Assembly: GCA_018061225.1 (NCBI GenBank)
Contig: JAGOUK010000001.1
Span: forward strand, 1-31,800
Direction of reading: 5' to 3'
Origin: Candidatus Omnitrophota bacterium
GTDB taxonomy: Bacteria; Omnitrophota; Gorgyraeia; 2-02-FULL-51-18; JAGOUK01
DNA: 31,800 nt
In this document: positions 1-8,924 of the stretch, one piece after another
How the letters are laid out: the number at the start of each line of letters is the position of its first letter
Position numbering within the stretch: position 1 is the stretch's first letter
Made by a program: the position numbers and the translations under genes
The notes under the pieces: generated by a model
Databases searched by the model: none
Seen by the model: the letters and a program-made list of their open reading frames with translations, nothing else
What the model was told of the DNA's origin: nothing

Positions 1-396
1 GTATTTGGCGATGACCGGCTTTTCGATCTCCTTGGGGAGCTTGTTCTTGACCTTGGCGAACTTCTCCCGCACTTCAAGCGCGGCAAAGTCCATGTCCGTT
101 CCGGGCTCAAAGCTGAGCACCACCGTCGACTCGCCTTCCTTGGTCGTCGACAACATTTGTTTCAAATGACTGACGGTCGCCACCGCTTCTTCGACGGGCT
201 TGGTGACCTGGGCTTCGACTTCCAGAGGGGGAAGCTCTCCTCTTACGTAGATGACGATGCTGATCTCGCCAAAAGACGTATTGGGATAAAGTTCTACGGG
301 GAGTTTAAAAAGTGAAACAAGCCCGATAATGATCATCGCCGCTGTAACCATGATCACCGTGGTGGGACGTTTAACGCTAAATTGCGGGAGATTCAC
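1..396 (-). CDS. RND efflux permease (AcrB/AcrD/AcrF family), N-terminal part only; runs off the window start
   Basis: Not in the ORF track. Hand translation from GTG at 396 gives MNLPQFSVKRPTTVIMVTAAMIIIGLVSLFKLPVELYPNTSFGEISIVIYVRGELPPLEVEAQVTKPVEEAV...DMDFAALEVREK. This is a typical RND N-terminus, paralogous to the 400..3600 protein. Confidence 0.92.
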   Translation of the reverse strand, partial: MNLPQFSVKRPTTVIMVTAAMIIIGLVSLFKLPVELYPNTSFGEISIVIYVRGELPPLEVEAQVTKPVEEAVATVSHLKQMLSTTKEGESTVVLSFEPGTDMDFAALEVREKFAKVKNKLPKEIEKPVIAKY

Positions 397-399
397 TTT

Positions 400-3300
400 T
401 TACCGGTCTGATGAAACGCGGGTTTTGTTTGATCTGACCATCCAGCCTTTCGCTTCGTAACTCAGCAGATACATTGCCGGAATGACCACGAGCGTTAAAA
501 AGGTGGCGACCGTGAGGCCGCCGACGATGGTGATCGCCATGGGGGCCTGAAGTTTCGATCCCTCGTCACGGGCCAGCGCCAGAGGCAGGGAGCCCAATAC
601 GGAAGTCATCGCCGTCATCATGATGGGCCTGAACCTGATCGTCCCTGCCCGGATCACGGCTTCCTTTCTGGACAAACCCTGGGTCAATCCGACGTTGACA
701 AAGTCAATCAGCATGATGCCGTTGTTCACCACGATGCCGCCGAGCATGATCACCCCGAGCAGCACCACGACGCTGATCGGCGTTTGCGAGATCCACAGTC
801 CCGCGGCCGCTCCGATCAGCGACAGGGGTATGGTGAACATGATAATGAAGGGTTCGAAGTAGGACTCAAATTGCGCCGCCATCACCATGTAAATAAGAAT
901 CACCGAGAGGATCAGGGCAAGGCGAAGACTTTCGAAGGATTCACGAACCTCGGCATTTTCGCCGCCGAGTGAGGCGAAGTAGCCCGTCGGAAGCTGTTCA
1001 GATGCCAGTATCGCTTCGATCTCCGCATTGACCTCGGACAACGGCCGTTTGAATATTTTGGCAAAGATCTGAAAGGTTCTCTCCTGTCCGACGCGCTTGA
1101 TCTCGCTGGGCCCCTCTCCCGACTTGAATGTCACCAATTCGCTCAACGGAACATTGATCCCGAGGGGCGAATGCATCTGAATAAAAGGTAGCTCGTACAA
1201 TCCGCCGCGGTCGCTTTCTCTCAGGACGACGCGAATGTCGATCTCTTTTCCTTCTTCCTTAAATTTGCTGGCAACCGTTCCTTTGATCGAAATATGCGAT
1301 GCCGTAGCCAGATCCGTCACGGACAATCGATAAAACGCCGCCTTGTCCTTATCGACCGTGATCTTGGTCTCGGGCGCGCTCTCGGGGATCGAATTAGAAA
1401 CGTCATACACTCCGCTTATTTGCTCCAGCTTCTTCTGTATTCGTTGGGTGATCTCTTCCATCGCCTCAAGGTTGTTGCCTTTGATGTCCACGGTGATGGG
1501 AGCGGTGCTTTCTCCGCCGGCCTTAAAGGATGATTCGTATAGCACGTAGGTGATCTTGGCTCCTTTGGTCGCTTTTTTCATAAAAGGGGTCTGCAGATCG
1601 CTTCGGATTTTTTGGATCAGCTCGTCCGTGGTGGTCGTCCGATCCGGCTGAAGCGTGACGATGAGCTGAACCTGATGCGTTCCGATGCTCTGAATATCGT
1701 CTTTCGCGGATCCGGTCTTAGACGCTCCGACGATCGTCGAAACGCTCTCGATCTCCGGAAATCTACGGAGATACTTTTCAATGTTGAGAGAAACGGCATT
1801 CGTCCGTTCCACTTTGGCTCCGACCGGCAGATCCGCCTCGATCATGAACTGCCCCTGGTCGACTTTGGGCATGACGACCCTGTCCAAACCGCCTAGGACA
1901 AATATTGAAAATACAAACAGTCCTAGAACGATCAGCAAAAATCGCCCTTTTTTATCCACGGCCCTGGGCAGCGTCCAGTTGTACCAGCTCTCTCCCCACA
2001 CGACCGGCTTCCCGCACCATTGAATGACCCGGTTAAACCTGATGACCCAGGGATGGTCGCCGGCACCTTCCTTTTTTTCTTTGTAGGTAAATTGCCGGAT
2101 CATGACCGGCAGCAGCGTCACCGCGACCGCCAACGAAAAAAGCTGGGTCACAACAACGACCCACGCGAGCTCCTTGAAGATCTGTCCTGCAAGACCGGTC
2201 ACGAATATCATGGGTAAAAAAACCATGACCGTCGTGAGGGTCGAGGAGATCAGCGGGGCGATGACTTCCTCGGTGGCTTGCGCAATGGTGTTTCCGATAT
2301 CCGACCGCCCCCGCTCTTTGACGCACCGGTCAATGTTCTCGATCACAACGATCGCGCAGTCCACCAGCATTCCGACACCCAGCGCGATCCCGCCCAAAGA
2401 GATCACATTGAGGGAGATCCCGACAAAATACATCAGCGTGAGCGTTGCCAGGATCGTGATGGGAATGATCGTGATGACAAGGATCGAAGCCCCGATATTC
2501 TGGAGAATGATCAGCAGCACCAGGAAGGCCAACAGTCCTCCCTGAACAGCCGCGTCGCGGACTCCGTTGACGGCCTGCCGAATAAACTTGGACTGATCAT
2601 AGATAATGTCGATCTTGATATCGCCGGGGGCATGCTCCTTAAGCTTTTCGATCTTCTTCTTGACCGCATCAGCGACCAGGATGGTGTTGGCCTGCGCCTG
2701 TTTTTGGATCGAAACGGTGAGATTTTCTCGTCCGTTGAACCTCGAATAAGAGGTCCTCTCTTTGGTCTGCCGGATCACCGACGCGACATCCTTCAAAATA
2801 ACCAGTTCGTTGGTGGGCTGGTCTTCGTCCTGACGCCCCTGGCGCTCGTCGGGTTCCTCCCTCCCCACGGCGATCTTCCCGATCTCACCGATCTGCTTAA
2901 ATTCGCCGATGGTCCGGACCAGATATTCATAAAAGTTTTCTTTGATCGTCCCGCCGGGATAATTCAAATTGGCGTCCGTGATGGCCTTCGAAACGTCGTT
3001 GATACTGAGTGCGGAGGCTTTGAGGCGGCCTTGATCGACCTCAACCAGGATCTCTTCGTCCGCGCCGCCGGATATGGACGCGGAAGCCACACCGTTGATC
3101 TTTTCCATCTCGGTCTTGATGTACTTGTCGGCAAAACGCTTGAGCTGGACAGGGTTTCTGCGGTCGCTTGAGACGGATAGCGTGACCGCAGGCATCTCGA
3201 AGGGATTAAATTTGATCACAGTGGGCTCTTCCGCGTCGCGCGGCAGACGCGCTTTGACGAGGTCGATCTTTTCGCGGACCGAAAGAGCCGCAAAGTCCAT

Positions 3301-3600
3301 GTTTTGTTCCCAGCCAAATTCCGCGACCACCAGCGACATGCCCTCACGGGACATAGAGGTTGCGCTTCGCAATCCGGGCGTGGACCCCACGGCCTCTTCG
3401 ATCGGCTTGGTGATCAGCTGTTCAATTTCTTCCGGGGCGGCGTTCGCGTAATGCGTTACGACCGACAGCTTGGGATAGGTGACGGGGGGGAACAGCTCCT
3501 GCCGGAGAAGCTGAACGGAAATAAATCCGAACAGCAGCACGGCGGCAAAGAACATGTACACCGTGACCGGACGTTGGATGGAAAATTTGGGCAGTGACAT
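400..3600 (-). CDS. RND efflux permease (AcrB/AcrD/AcrF family), 1066 aa
   Basis: N-terminus FSIQRPVTV; TM4 GMLVDCAIVVIENI; TM10 GIVVNNGIMLID; RFRPIMMT; two large periplasmic loops. Confidence 0.95.
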   Translation of the reverse strand: MSLPKFSIQRPVTVYMFFAAVLLFGFISVQLLRQELFPPVTYPKLSVVTHYANAAPEEIEQLITKPIEEAVGSTPGLRSATSMSREGMSLVVAEFGWEQNMDFAALSVREKIDLVKARLPRDAEEPTVIKFNPFEMPAVTLSVSSDRRNPVQLKRFADKYIKTEMEKINGVASASISGGADEEILVEVDQGRLKASALSINDVSKAITDANLNYPGGTIKENFYEYLVRTIGEFKQIGEIGKIAVGREEPDERQGRQDEDQPTNELVILKDVASVIRQTKERTSYSRFNGRENLTVSIQKQAQANTILVADAVKKKIEKLKEHAPGDIKIDIIYDQSKFIRQAVNGVRDAAVQGGLLAFLVLLIILQNIGASILVITIIPITILATLTLMYFVGISLNVISLGGIALGVGMLVDCAIVVIENIDRCVKERGRSDIGNTIAQATEEVIAPLISSTLTTVMVFLPMIFVTGLAGQIFKELAWVVVVTQLFSLAVAVTLLPVMIRQFTYKEKKEGAGDHPWVIRFNRVIQWCGKPVVWGESWYNWTLPRAVDKKGRFLLIVLGLFVFSIFVLGGLDRVVMPKVDQGQFMIEADLPVGAKVERTNAVSLNIEKYLRRFPEIESVSTIVGASKTGSAKDDIQSIGTHQVQLIVTLQPDRTTTTDELIQKIRSDLQTPFMKKATKGAKITYVLYESSFKAGGESTAPITVDIKGNNLEAMEEITQRIQKKLEQISGVYDVSNSIPESAPETKITVDKDKAAFYRLSVTDLATASHISIKGTVASKFKEEGKEIDIRVVLRESDRGGLYELPFIQMHSPLGINVPLSELVTFKSGEGPSEIKRVGQERTFQIFAKIFKRPLSEVNAEIEAILASEQLPTGYFASLGGENAEVRESFESLRLALILSVILIYMVMAAQFESYFEPFIIMFTIPLSLIGAAAGLWISQTPISVVVLLGVIMLGGIVVNNGIMLIDFVNVGLTQGLSRKEAVIRAGTIRFRPIMMTAMTSVLGSLPLALARDEGSKLQAPMAITIVGGLTVATFLTLVVIPAMYLLSYEAKGWMVRSNKTRVSSDR

Positions 3601-3619
3601 GAATTATTTTATCGATGCG

Positions 3620-4786
3620 TCAGAAGGTGTACTCCTGGATTTCGGTCACCTCGACCTTGGCTTTTTCTTCCATTTCCTGCTGAATATCGGCGATGATCAG
3701 CTCCTCGTCTTCGAGACCGGCCTTGATCTCAACGGCGTCAGGCGTGGCATAGGCGACCTGGATCGGCCGGATCTCAACGGTACCGATGATGATGTCCGAT
3801 CCTTTGGGGGCCGGAGGCATGCCGTCCTTCCCGTCTTTTTCGGCGGGCGCCGTTTCGGCCGGAGCCTCTTCCGGATGGATCACATAAACAAAATACTCCT
3901 GCTCCTTCTTTCGGAATGCGGCGCTCGGGATCACGAGCGTGTGCTCTTTCTGGTAGATTTGAACCCCCACCCGTCCGAACATCCCTGCCTTGAGTTTTTC
4001 GCCCTCGTTTACAACCCGAGCTTTGACCTTGAAGGTTCGCGTTTTGCCTTCGACGATGGGCGAAATGGACTCGATCTCGCCGCTAAAGGTGTCCTGCGGG
4101 AAGGAGTCCACCGTCATGGTGACCGGAAGGCCGATCTTGATCTTGCTGATGTCCTTTTCGATCGCGCCGAATTCCGCGTATGCGTCCGTCAGGTTGACGA
4201 ATGAGCCGAACCTGTCATTCGGGGTTACAAAGTCGCCTTTTTGCTTCTCAACGCTGCCCAGGTATCCGTCAAAAGGCGCGACGAGATTGGTCTTTTCGTA
4301 TTCCAGACGGGCGGACTGATACTCCAGCTTCGTCTGCTGCAGCTTTGCGTCGGCAATCGCGCCCAGATCAAAGAGCTTCTGTGTCCGTTCCATTTCATTT
4401 TTGGCGTATTCGAGCTTCAATAACTTCTCGCGCTGATCCAGGCTGGCAATGATGTCGCCTTCGACCGCCTTTTCTCCGTCCCTGAAGTTGATGTATTCGA
4501 TATATCCGGTCTCCGCAAACTTAAGCTCCACCTCGCGGTATCCCTTGACCGTGCCAAGAGCGGGCAGCGTGTCCGAGAAGTCCACCCGAGTCACCTTGTA
4601 TCCCTTGACCGGGATCGCGATATCATCGACGGTCTTTTTTTGAACCACCGTTTTTTTCTTGAAGGTCGGAAGCCCCTTCACGAATGTGATGTGTTTGGAG
4701 AGAACCGAAAAGGCAACCAGGATCACCGCCAAGAGCAGCAGCGCCTTGAAGATGGCTGATTTATTTTTGTGCAGATTGAACTTCAT
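3620..4786 (-). CDS. RND periplasmic adaptor (membrane fusion protein)
   Basis: N-terminal TM anchor, lipoyl-like halves (GYIEYINFRDGEKAVEGDIIASLD; LVAPFDG), short helical hairpin, beta-barrel (GEIESISPIVEGKTRTFKVKA, LKAGMF); sits between TolC and RND genes. Confidence 0.92.
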   Translation of the reverse strand: MKFNLHKNKSAIFKALLLLAVILVAFSVLSKHITFVKGLPTFKKKTVVQKKTVDDIAIPVKGYKVTRVDFSDTLPALGTVKGYREVELKFAETGYIEYINFRDGEKAVEGDIIASLDQREKLLKLEYAKNEMERTQKLFDLGAIADAKLQQTKLEYQSARLEYEKTNLVAPFDGYLGSVEKQKGDFVTPNDRFGSFVNLTDAYAEFGAIEKDISKIKIGLPVTMTVDSFPQDTFSGEIESISPIVEGKTRTFKVKARVVNEGEKLKAGMFGRVGVQIYQKEHTLVIPSAAFRKKEQEYFVYVIHPEEAPAETAPAEKDGKDGMPPAPKGSDIIIGTVEIRPIQVAYATPDAVEIKAGLEDEELIIADIQQEMEEKAKVEVTEIQEYTF

Positions 4787-6842
4787 AGGAGTTGTTGATT
4801 CCTTCGGTTCCGGCCAAATAGTCCATCTTGGCCAGTGCGTTATTGGCGCTGGAGATCGCCGTGATCCTCGAGTATCGGTCTTCCGCGAGACTGACCAGCT
4901 CGTTGAGAAGCTCCGTGAGCTTCGCCTCTTCCATCATGGTCGTCTGTTCAAGAATTTTGACCTGACGCTCTTTAAATATGATCTTTGCTTCGGATGTTTC
5001 AAGCTGCAGCAAGGCGCCCTCGTAATCGTAATAGGCTTGGCGCGCGTTGATCTCCTGGTCCGTCTTTTCTTTTTGGAGCTCGGCCATGGCCTTTAGATAG
5101 TCCGCTTTGGCGATTTCCTCATCGGTCCGATGCGAGAGACGATCGAGCACTCCCAGGGTCACGGACTGCTTGTTGTCATTGGATCCGCCTTCGAAGGATG
5201 ATACGGTCGGGGCAAAGAACCTCCGCTGGTTGGTGTATCCGACGGTGTGCGGTCCGAAGGGCACCTTAACCTCGGCGATGATGGAGTATTCCTTCTCCAG
5301 GTCGGACCGCCCGTCCCTCTTCCAATTAACACTATCTCCCGAAGACAAGTCGGCTCTCGTTCCGGTGTTAAAGTCAAAATGTTCAAAGGGTTTTTCACCG
5401 GCCATGCCGACATTTCCTCTGACATCGATCCTCATCTTTCTTTGCGCGTCATACACTCTCGCCCCGTAGTAGGCGCTTTCGAGCGTCGCCTGCCTGATCC
5501 GGATATCGAAGTTACCCAACCCCACTCGGTTGATGTAGTCTTCAAAATCCACGCTGCCGAGGTCGTTAAGCTCAACCGTCATATCGATCGGAATGGTTCG
5601 GCTGGCCGGTCCGCCGATCGCCTGACACAAGGTGAGATTCGCCGATTTTTGCGCAGTGACGGCCGATTCCCTTTGGAACGAAACTTGATTAAATATGGAT
5701 GACACTTCCAGTTGGTCGATCTCGGCGATCAAACGGGATTCAAAGGCCTTGTCCTCGCGGATCTTGAACCCGTTGATCTGCTCATACAACTCACTCTGAT
5801 ACTTGATGTTGTGGGCGGCGCTCACGGCATTGCGATAAGCTTCTCCGAGTTGCAGGATAATGTCTGTTCTTTCCTTCTGATACTTGAGCTCATCCGACCG
5901 GAGACTGGCCTGCGCCTGCTTCAGCGTGAAGATCAGCTCGCCTCCGTAGTAAACCGGCTGCGAAAAGTTCGCCATGTACCTTTCTGAGCCGTATGGCTGG
6001 GAATCGTTTCCGACCGCGCCTCCCCCCAGGGAGATGTCGAGGTTCAGCGTCGGTAAGAAGGCCCGTATCGCTTCATTGACCTTGTGCCGCGCTCCCAACA
6101 AACGGTGCCGTAAAGATTCCAGCATCATGTTATTTTTGATCGCGATCTCTTCGGCCTCGCGCAGCGTCACAACGCCGTCCGACAGGGCGACGGCGAGGGC
6201 AATTTTTCCGTCCGGCGGTGAGATCGTCCGATCGATTCCGGCGATGTCCATCGGCCTCTCCCGAATATCTCGCTCGATCCTTTTTTGGACGTCCTTCGCC
6301 ACGCGATTCTTGGGGTCGATTTCGAGCGCCTGCCGCGAGAGATCAAATGCCTCTTCGTAATTTTCGCGCTGAGCGTAGGATCCGCTCGCCTTCCACGCCA
6401 AAGAATTCGCCTGCTTCCGGATCTCTGCGGTCTTAAATTTAAGATCGGGCGGGTTGTTGGTCTGAACTGCGAAGTCTTGATCCGGAGCAGCATTCTTTGA
6501 AACGTTTCCGCCCCCCATCCTCACCTGTGATGCGGTGGTGGCCGCAGATGAGCCGAAGGCCGTGTTCCCGGCGACCAAATTGGTCCGAATATCTCTCCGC
6601 ACCTCCTCCACCACGGGGTTTGCGCCAAGTTTTTTCTCAGCTTCTTCAATGGCTTTATTAATCCGATCGACGGTCTGATCGGCCGTCGGCACGGCGGCCG
6701 CCTGCTTGGGCGTTGATTTGGCAAAGGCCGCCTCATGTCCTAAAAGCAAAACGCCCGCCATAAACCAAGCGAACACAAAAATAATCTTTTGCACGCCTAT
6801 AAAGCGGCTCTTGAAGGTAGTTCTAGCCATCTTATCTTTCAT
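4761..6842 (-). CDS. TolC-family outer membrane factor with long N-terminal extension (start 6842 or 6830)
   Basis: Signal-peptide-like N-terminus; OEP-like repeats (TLREAEEIAIKNN...EAIRAFLPTLNL; VRQAYY-like NARQAYYDYEGA); operonic with MFP and RND genes. Confidence 0.8.
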   Translation of the reverse strand: MKDKMARTTFKSRFIGVQKIIFVFAWFMAGVLLLGHEAAFAKSTPKQAAAVPTADQTVDRINKAIEEAEKKLGANPVVEEVRRDIRTNLVAGNTAFGSSAATTASQVRMGGGNVSKNAAPDQDFAVQTNNPPDLKFKTAEIRKQANSLAWKASGSYAQRENYEEAFDLSRQALEIDPKNRVAKDVQKRIERDIRERPMDIAGIDRTISPPDGKIALAVALSDGVVTLREAEEIAIKNNMMLESLRHRLLGARHKVNEAIRAFLPTLNLDISLGGGAVGNDSQPYGSERYMANFSQPVYYGGELIFTLKQAQASLRSDELKYQKERTDIILQLGEAYRNAVSAAHNIKYQSELYEQINGFKIREDKAFESRLIAEIDQLEVSSIFNQVSFQRESAVTAQKSANLTLCQAIGGPASRTIPIDMTVELNDLGSVDFEDYINRVGLGNFDIRIRQATLESAYYGARVYDAQRKMRIDVRGNVGMAGEKPFEHFDFNTGTRADLSSGDSVNWKRDGRSDLEKEYSIIAEVKVPFGPHTVGYTNQRRFFAPTVSSFEGGSNDNKQSVTLGVLDRLSHRTDEEIAKADYLKAMAELQKEKTDQEINARQAYYDYEGALLQLETSEAKIIFKERQVKILEQTTMMEEAKLTELLNELVSLAEDRYSRITAISSANNALAKMDYLAGTEGINNSYEVQSAQK

Positions 6843-6854
6843 ATAATTGTTAAT

Positions 6855-6883
6855 ATTTTATGATTATGTGTAAGTATTGTCAA
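6855..6883 (-). promoter_or_regulatory. Sigma70-type promoter for the TolC-MFP-RND operon
   Basis: Minus strand TTGACA (6883-6878), 17 nt, TAAAAT (6860-6855) in an AT-rich gap. Confidence 0.8.
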
Positions 6884-6951
6884 TCAGGGTATTAAAAATA
6901 CGAACATACAGTAAAAAAACAAAGTGCTCGCGCATAATTGAATCGACGCAA

Positions 6952-6979
6952 CGGTGGTCAGCCACCTTCGGCTGAACCG
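6952..6979 (-). terminator. Hairpin downstream of dxs, possible terminator
   Basis: TCAGCC/GGCTGA stem extended by CGGT/ACCG, 12 nt after the dxs stop; no clear U-tract. Confidence 0.35.
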
Positions 6980-6991
6980 ATTTAAAGGAAT

Positions 6992-8917
6992 TTAGCGAGT
7001 TGTGGGGGACGGGAGGACGGAGGAACCGAGACCCTTGAGGGTCTCTAAGGCAGAAGAGGTGATTTTTTGGGGGGAAAGGCCGCAAAAATCAAGAAGGACA
7101 TTGCGAGGGCCGTGCTCGATGAACTGATCGGGGATACCAAGGCAACGGACGGGAGTGGTGATTTGACGCGCGCTCAAAGCTTCAAGTACGGCCGAGCCGA
7201 AGCCTCCGGCAACGCAGCCTTCCTCGATCGTTATCACCGACCGGACACGCTGAGCCCAGGAAACAATGAGCTCCTCATCCAGCGGCTTGGCAAACCGGGC
7301 ATTAATGACCCCGGCGCTCACACCCTCTTTTTCGAGCAGTACCGCAGCGTCCAGGGCCGGGCCGGTCATCGCGCCATAAGCGACCAGCATGACATCACTA
7401 CCCTCTTTGAGGAGCTCAGATTTGCCGTATTCGATCGGCGTGGCGGGGTGTTGGGACAGCAATGGATAGGCCAACTCGGTCACCGAACCCCTCGGATACC
7501 TCAGGGCGATCGGGCCCGAGGTATGATCAACCGCGAAGCGGATCATTTGAACGAATTCTTTGCCGTCTCTCGGCGCCAGGACAGTCATCCCGGGGATTTT
7601 CCGCATAAAAGAGATGTCGAGAACACCATGATGGGTCGGGCCATCCTCTCCCACCAAACCGCCGCGATCCATTGCGAAGATCACAGGGAGATTCTGAAGG
7701 GCAATGTCGTGTACGATCTGGTCAAAGGCCCTCTGCATAAAGGTGGAATAAATCGCCGCGAAGGGCCGCATTTTGCCATAGGCGAGCCCGGCGCAAAACG
7801 TGACCCCATGCTCCTCAGAGATCCCGACGTCAAACAGTCTTTCCGGAAATTTTTGGCCAAACTTCACAAGCCCCGTTCCCTCGGGCATACCCCCTGTGAG
7901 TGCCGCAATGCGGGTGTCTTTCTCGGCCAACTCGCAAAGCGTCTGGCCAAACACCTCGGTGTAGCTGAGTTCCGTGGATTTTTTCTTAAGCTCGCCCGTC
8001 TTCATGTCAAAAGGGGCTGACGCGTGCCAGCGAATCGGGTCCGCCTCGGCCATCGGCATACCTTTGCCCTTTTTGGTCAGAACATGCACCAAGACCGGGC
8101 CTTGAATGGAGAAAATTTTGGGAAAAAGATCGAGCATCGTATCAAAATTGTGTCCATCCAGCGGCCCAAAGTACCTAAAACCAAAATTTTCGAAAAGCTG
8201 ACCCGGAACCAGGAGATGCTTGACGCCCTCTTCGATGTACTTGATCTTACCAAGCACGCGGCCGCCGACTTTCGGCATACGGCCAATCAGCCCCTCAACC
8301 TCCTCGCGCAGATGGTTATAGGTTGGGTTTGTGATGACTTGGTTTAGGTAGCGGGACATGGCTCCGACCGACTTCGAGATACTCATTTCGTTGTCATTGA
8401 GAATGACGACCAAATTCTCACGAATATGCCCGGCATGATTCATTGCCTCAAGCGCCATGCCGTTTGCAATTGACGTATCCCCAATAACTGCAACGACTTT
8501 GGTGTTATGACCCATGCGTCGTCTAGCAGCCGCGACTCCGAGAGCAGCCGAAATAGACGGCCCGCCATGACCCGTCGTGAAGACATCGTAAGGGCTTTCG
8601 CCGGCATTGACGAGACCCGAAACACCTTTGTGCTGGCGGAATGACTGGCGGAAGGCATCTCGTCGGCCGGTTAAAATTTTGTGAGCCTGGACCTGATGCC
8701 CAACATCCCATACCAAGAAGTCATTAGGAGTATCTAAAAGGTAGTGGAGCGCAACAGTTAGATCAGTAACACCGAGACCCGCCCCAAGATGACCGCCTTT
8801 TTCGGAGACAGTCTCGATGATGCAGTCACGCACCTCACGAGCCACTCGCGGGAGCTCCTCTTTGGGGAGCTTACGAAGGTCGATGGGCGAATTGATATGT
8901 GGGAGAAGCGGTTCCAT
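6992..8917 (-). CDS. dxs: 1-deoxy-D-xylulose-5-phosphate synthase
   Basis: GGHLGAGLG, WDVGHQ, HKILTGR, NDNEMSIS, DVGISEEH, YSTFMQRAFDQ, GEDGPTHHG motifs; start moved to ATG 8917 (MEPLL). Confidence 0.97.
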   Translation of the reverse strand: MEPLLPHINSPIDLRKLPKEELPRVAREVRDCIIETVSEKGGHLGAGLGVTDLTVALHYLLDTPNDFLVWDVGHQVQAHKILTGRRDAFRQSFRQHKGVSGLVNAGESPYDVFTTGHGGPSISAALGVAAARRRMGHNTKVVAVIGDTSIANGMALEAMNHAGHIRENLVVILNDNEMSISKSVGAMSRYLNQVITNPTYNHLREEVEGLIGRMPKVGGRVLGKIKYIEEGVKHLLVPGQLFENFGFRYFGPLDGHNFDTMLDLFPKIFSIQGPVLVHVLTKKGKGMPMAEADPIRWHASAPFDMKTGELKKKSTELSYTEVFGQTLCELAEKDTRIAALTGGMPEGTGLVKFGQKFPERLFDVGISEEHGVTFCAGLAYGKMRPFAAIYSTFMQRAFDQIVHDIALQNLPVIFAMDRGGLVGEDGPTHHGVLDISFMRKIPGMTVLAPRDGKEFVQMIRFAVDHTSGPIALRYPRGSVTELAYPLLSQHPATPIEYGKSELLKEGSDVMLVAYGAMTGPALDAAVLLEKEGVSAGVINARFAKPLDEELIVSWAQRVRSVITIEEGCVAGGFGSAVLEALSARQITTPVRCLGIPDQFIEHGPRNVLLDFCGLSPQKITSSALETLKGLGSSVLPSPTTR

Positions 8918-8924
8918 AAAACTT

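Noticed and set aside
6843-6900. Possible Fur box in the TolC promoter
   Set aside because: ATAA-N11-TTAT does not match the spacing of the 19-bp Fur consensus; general AT-richness explains it.
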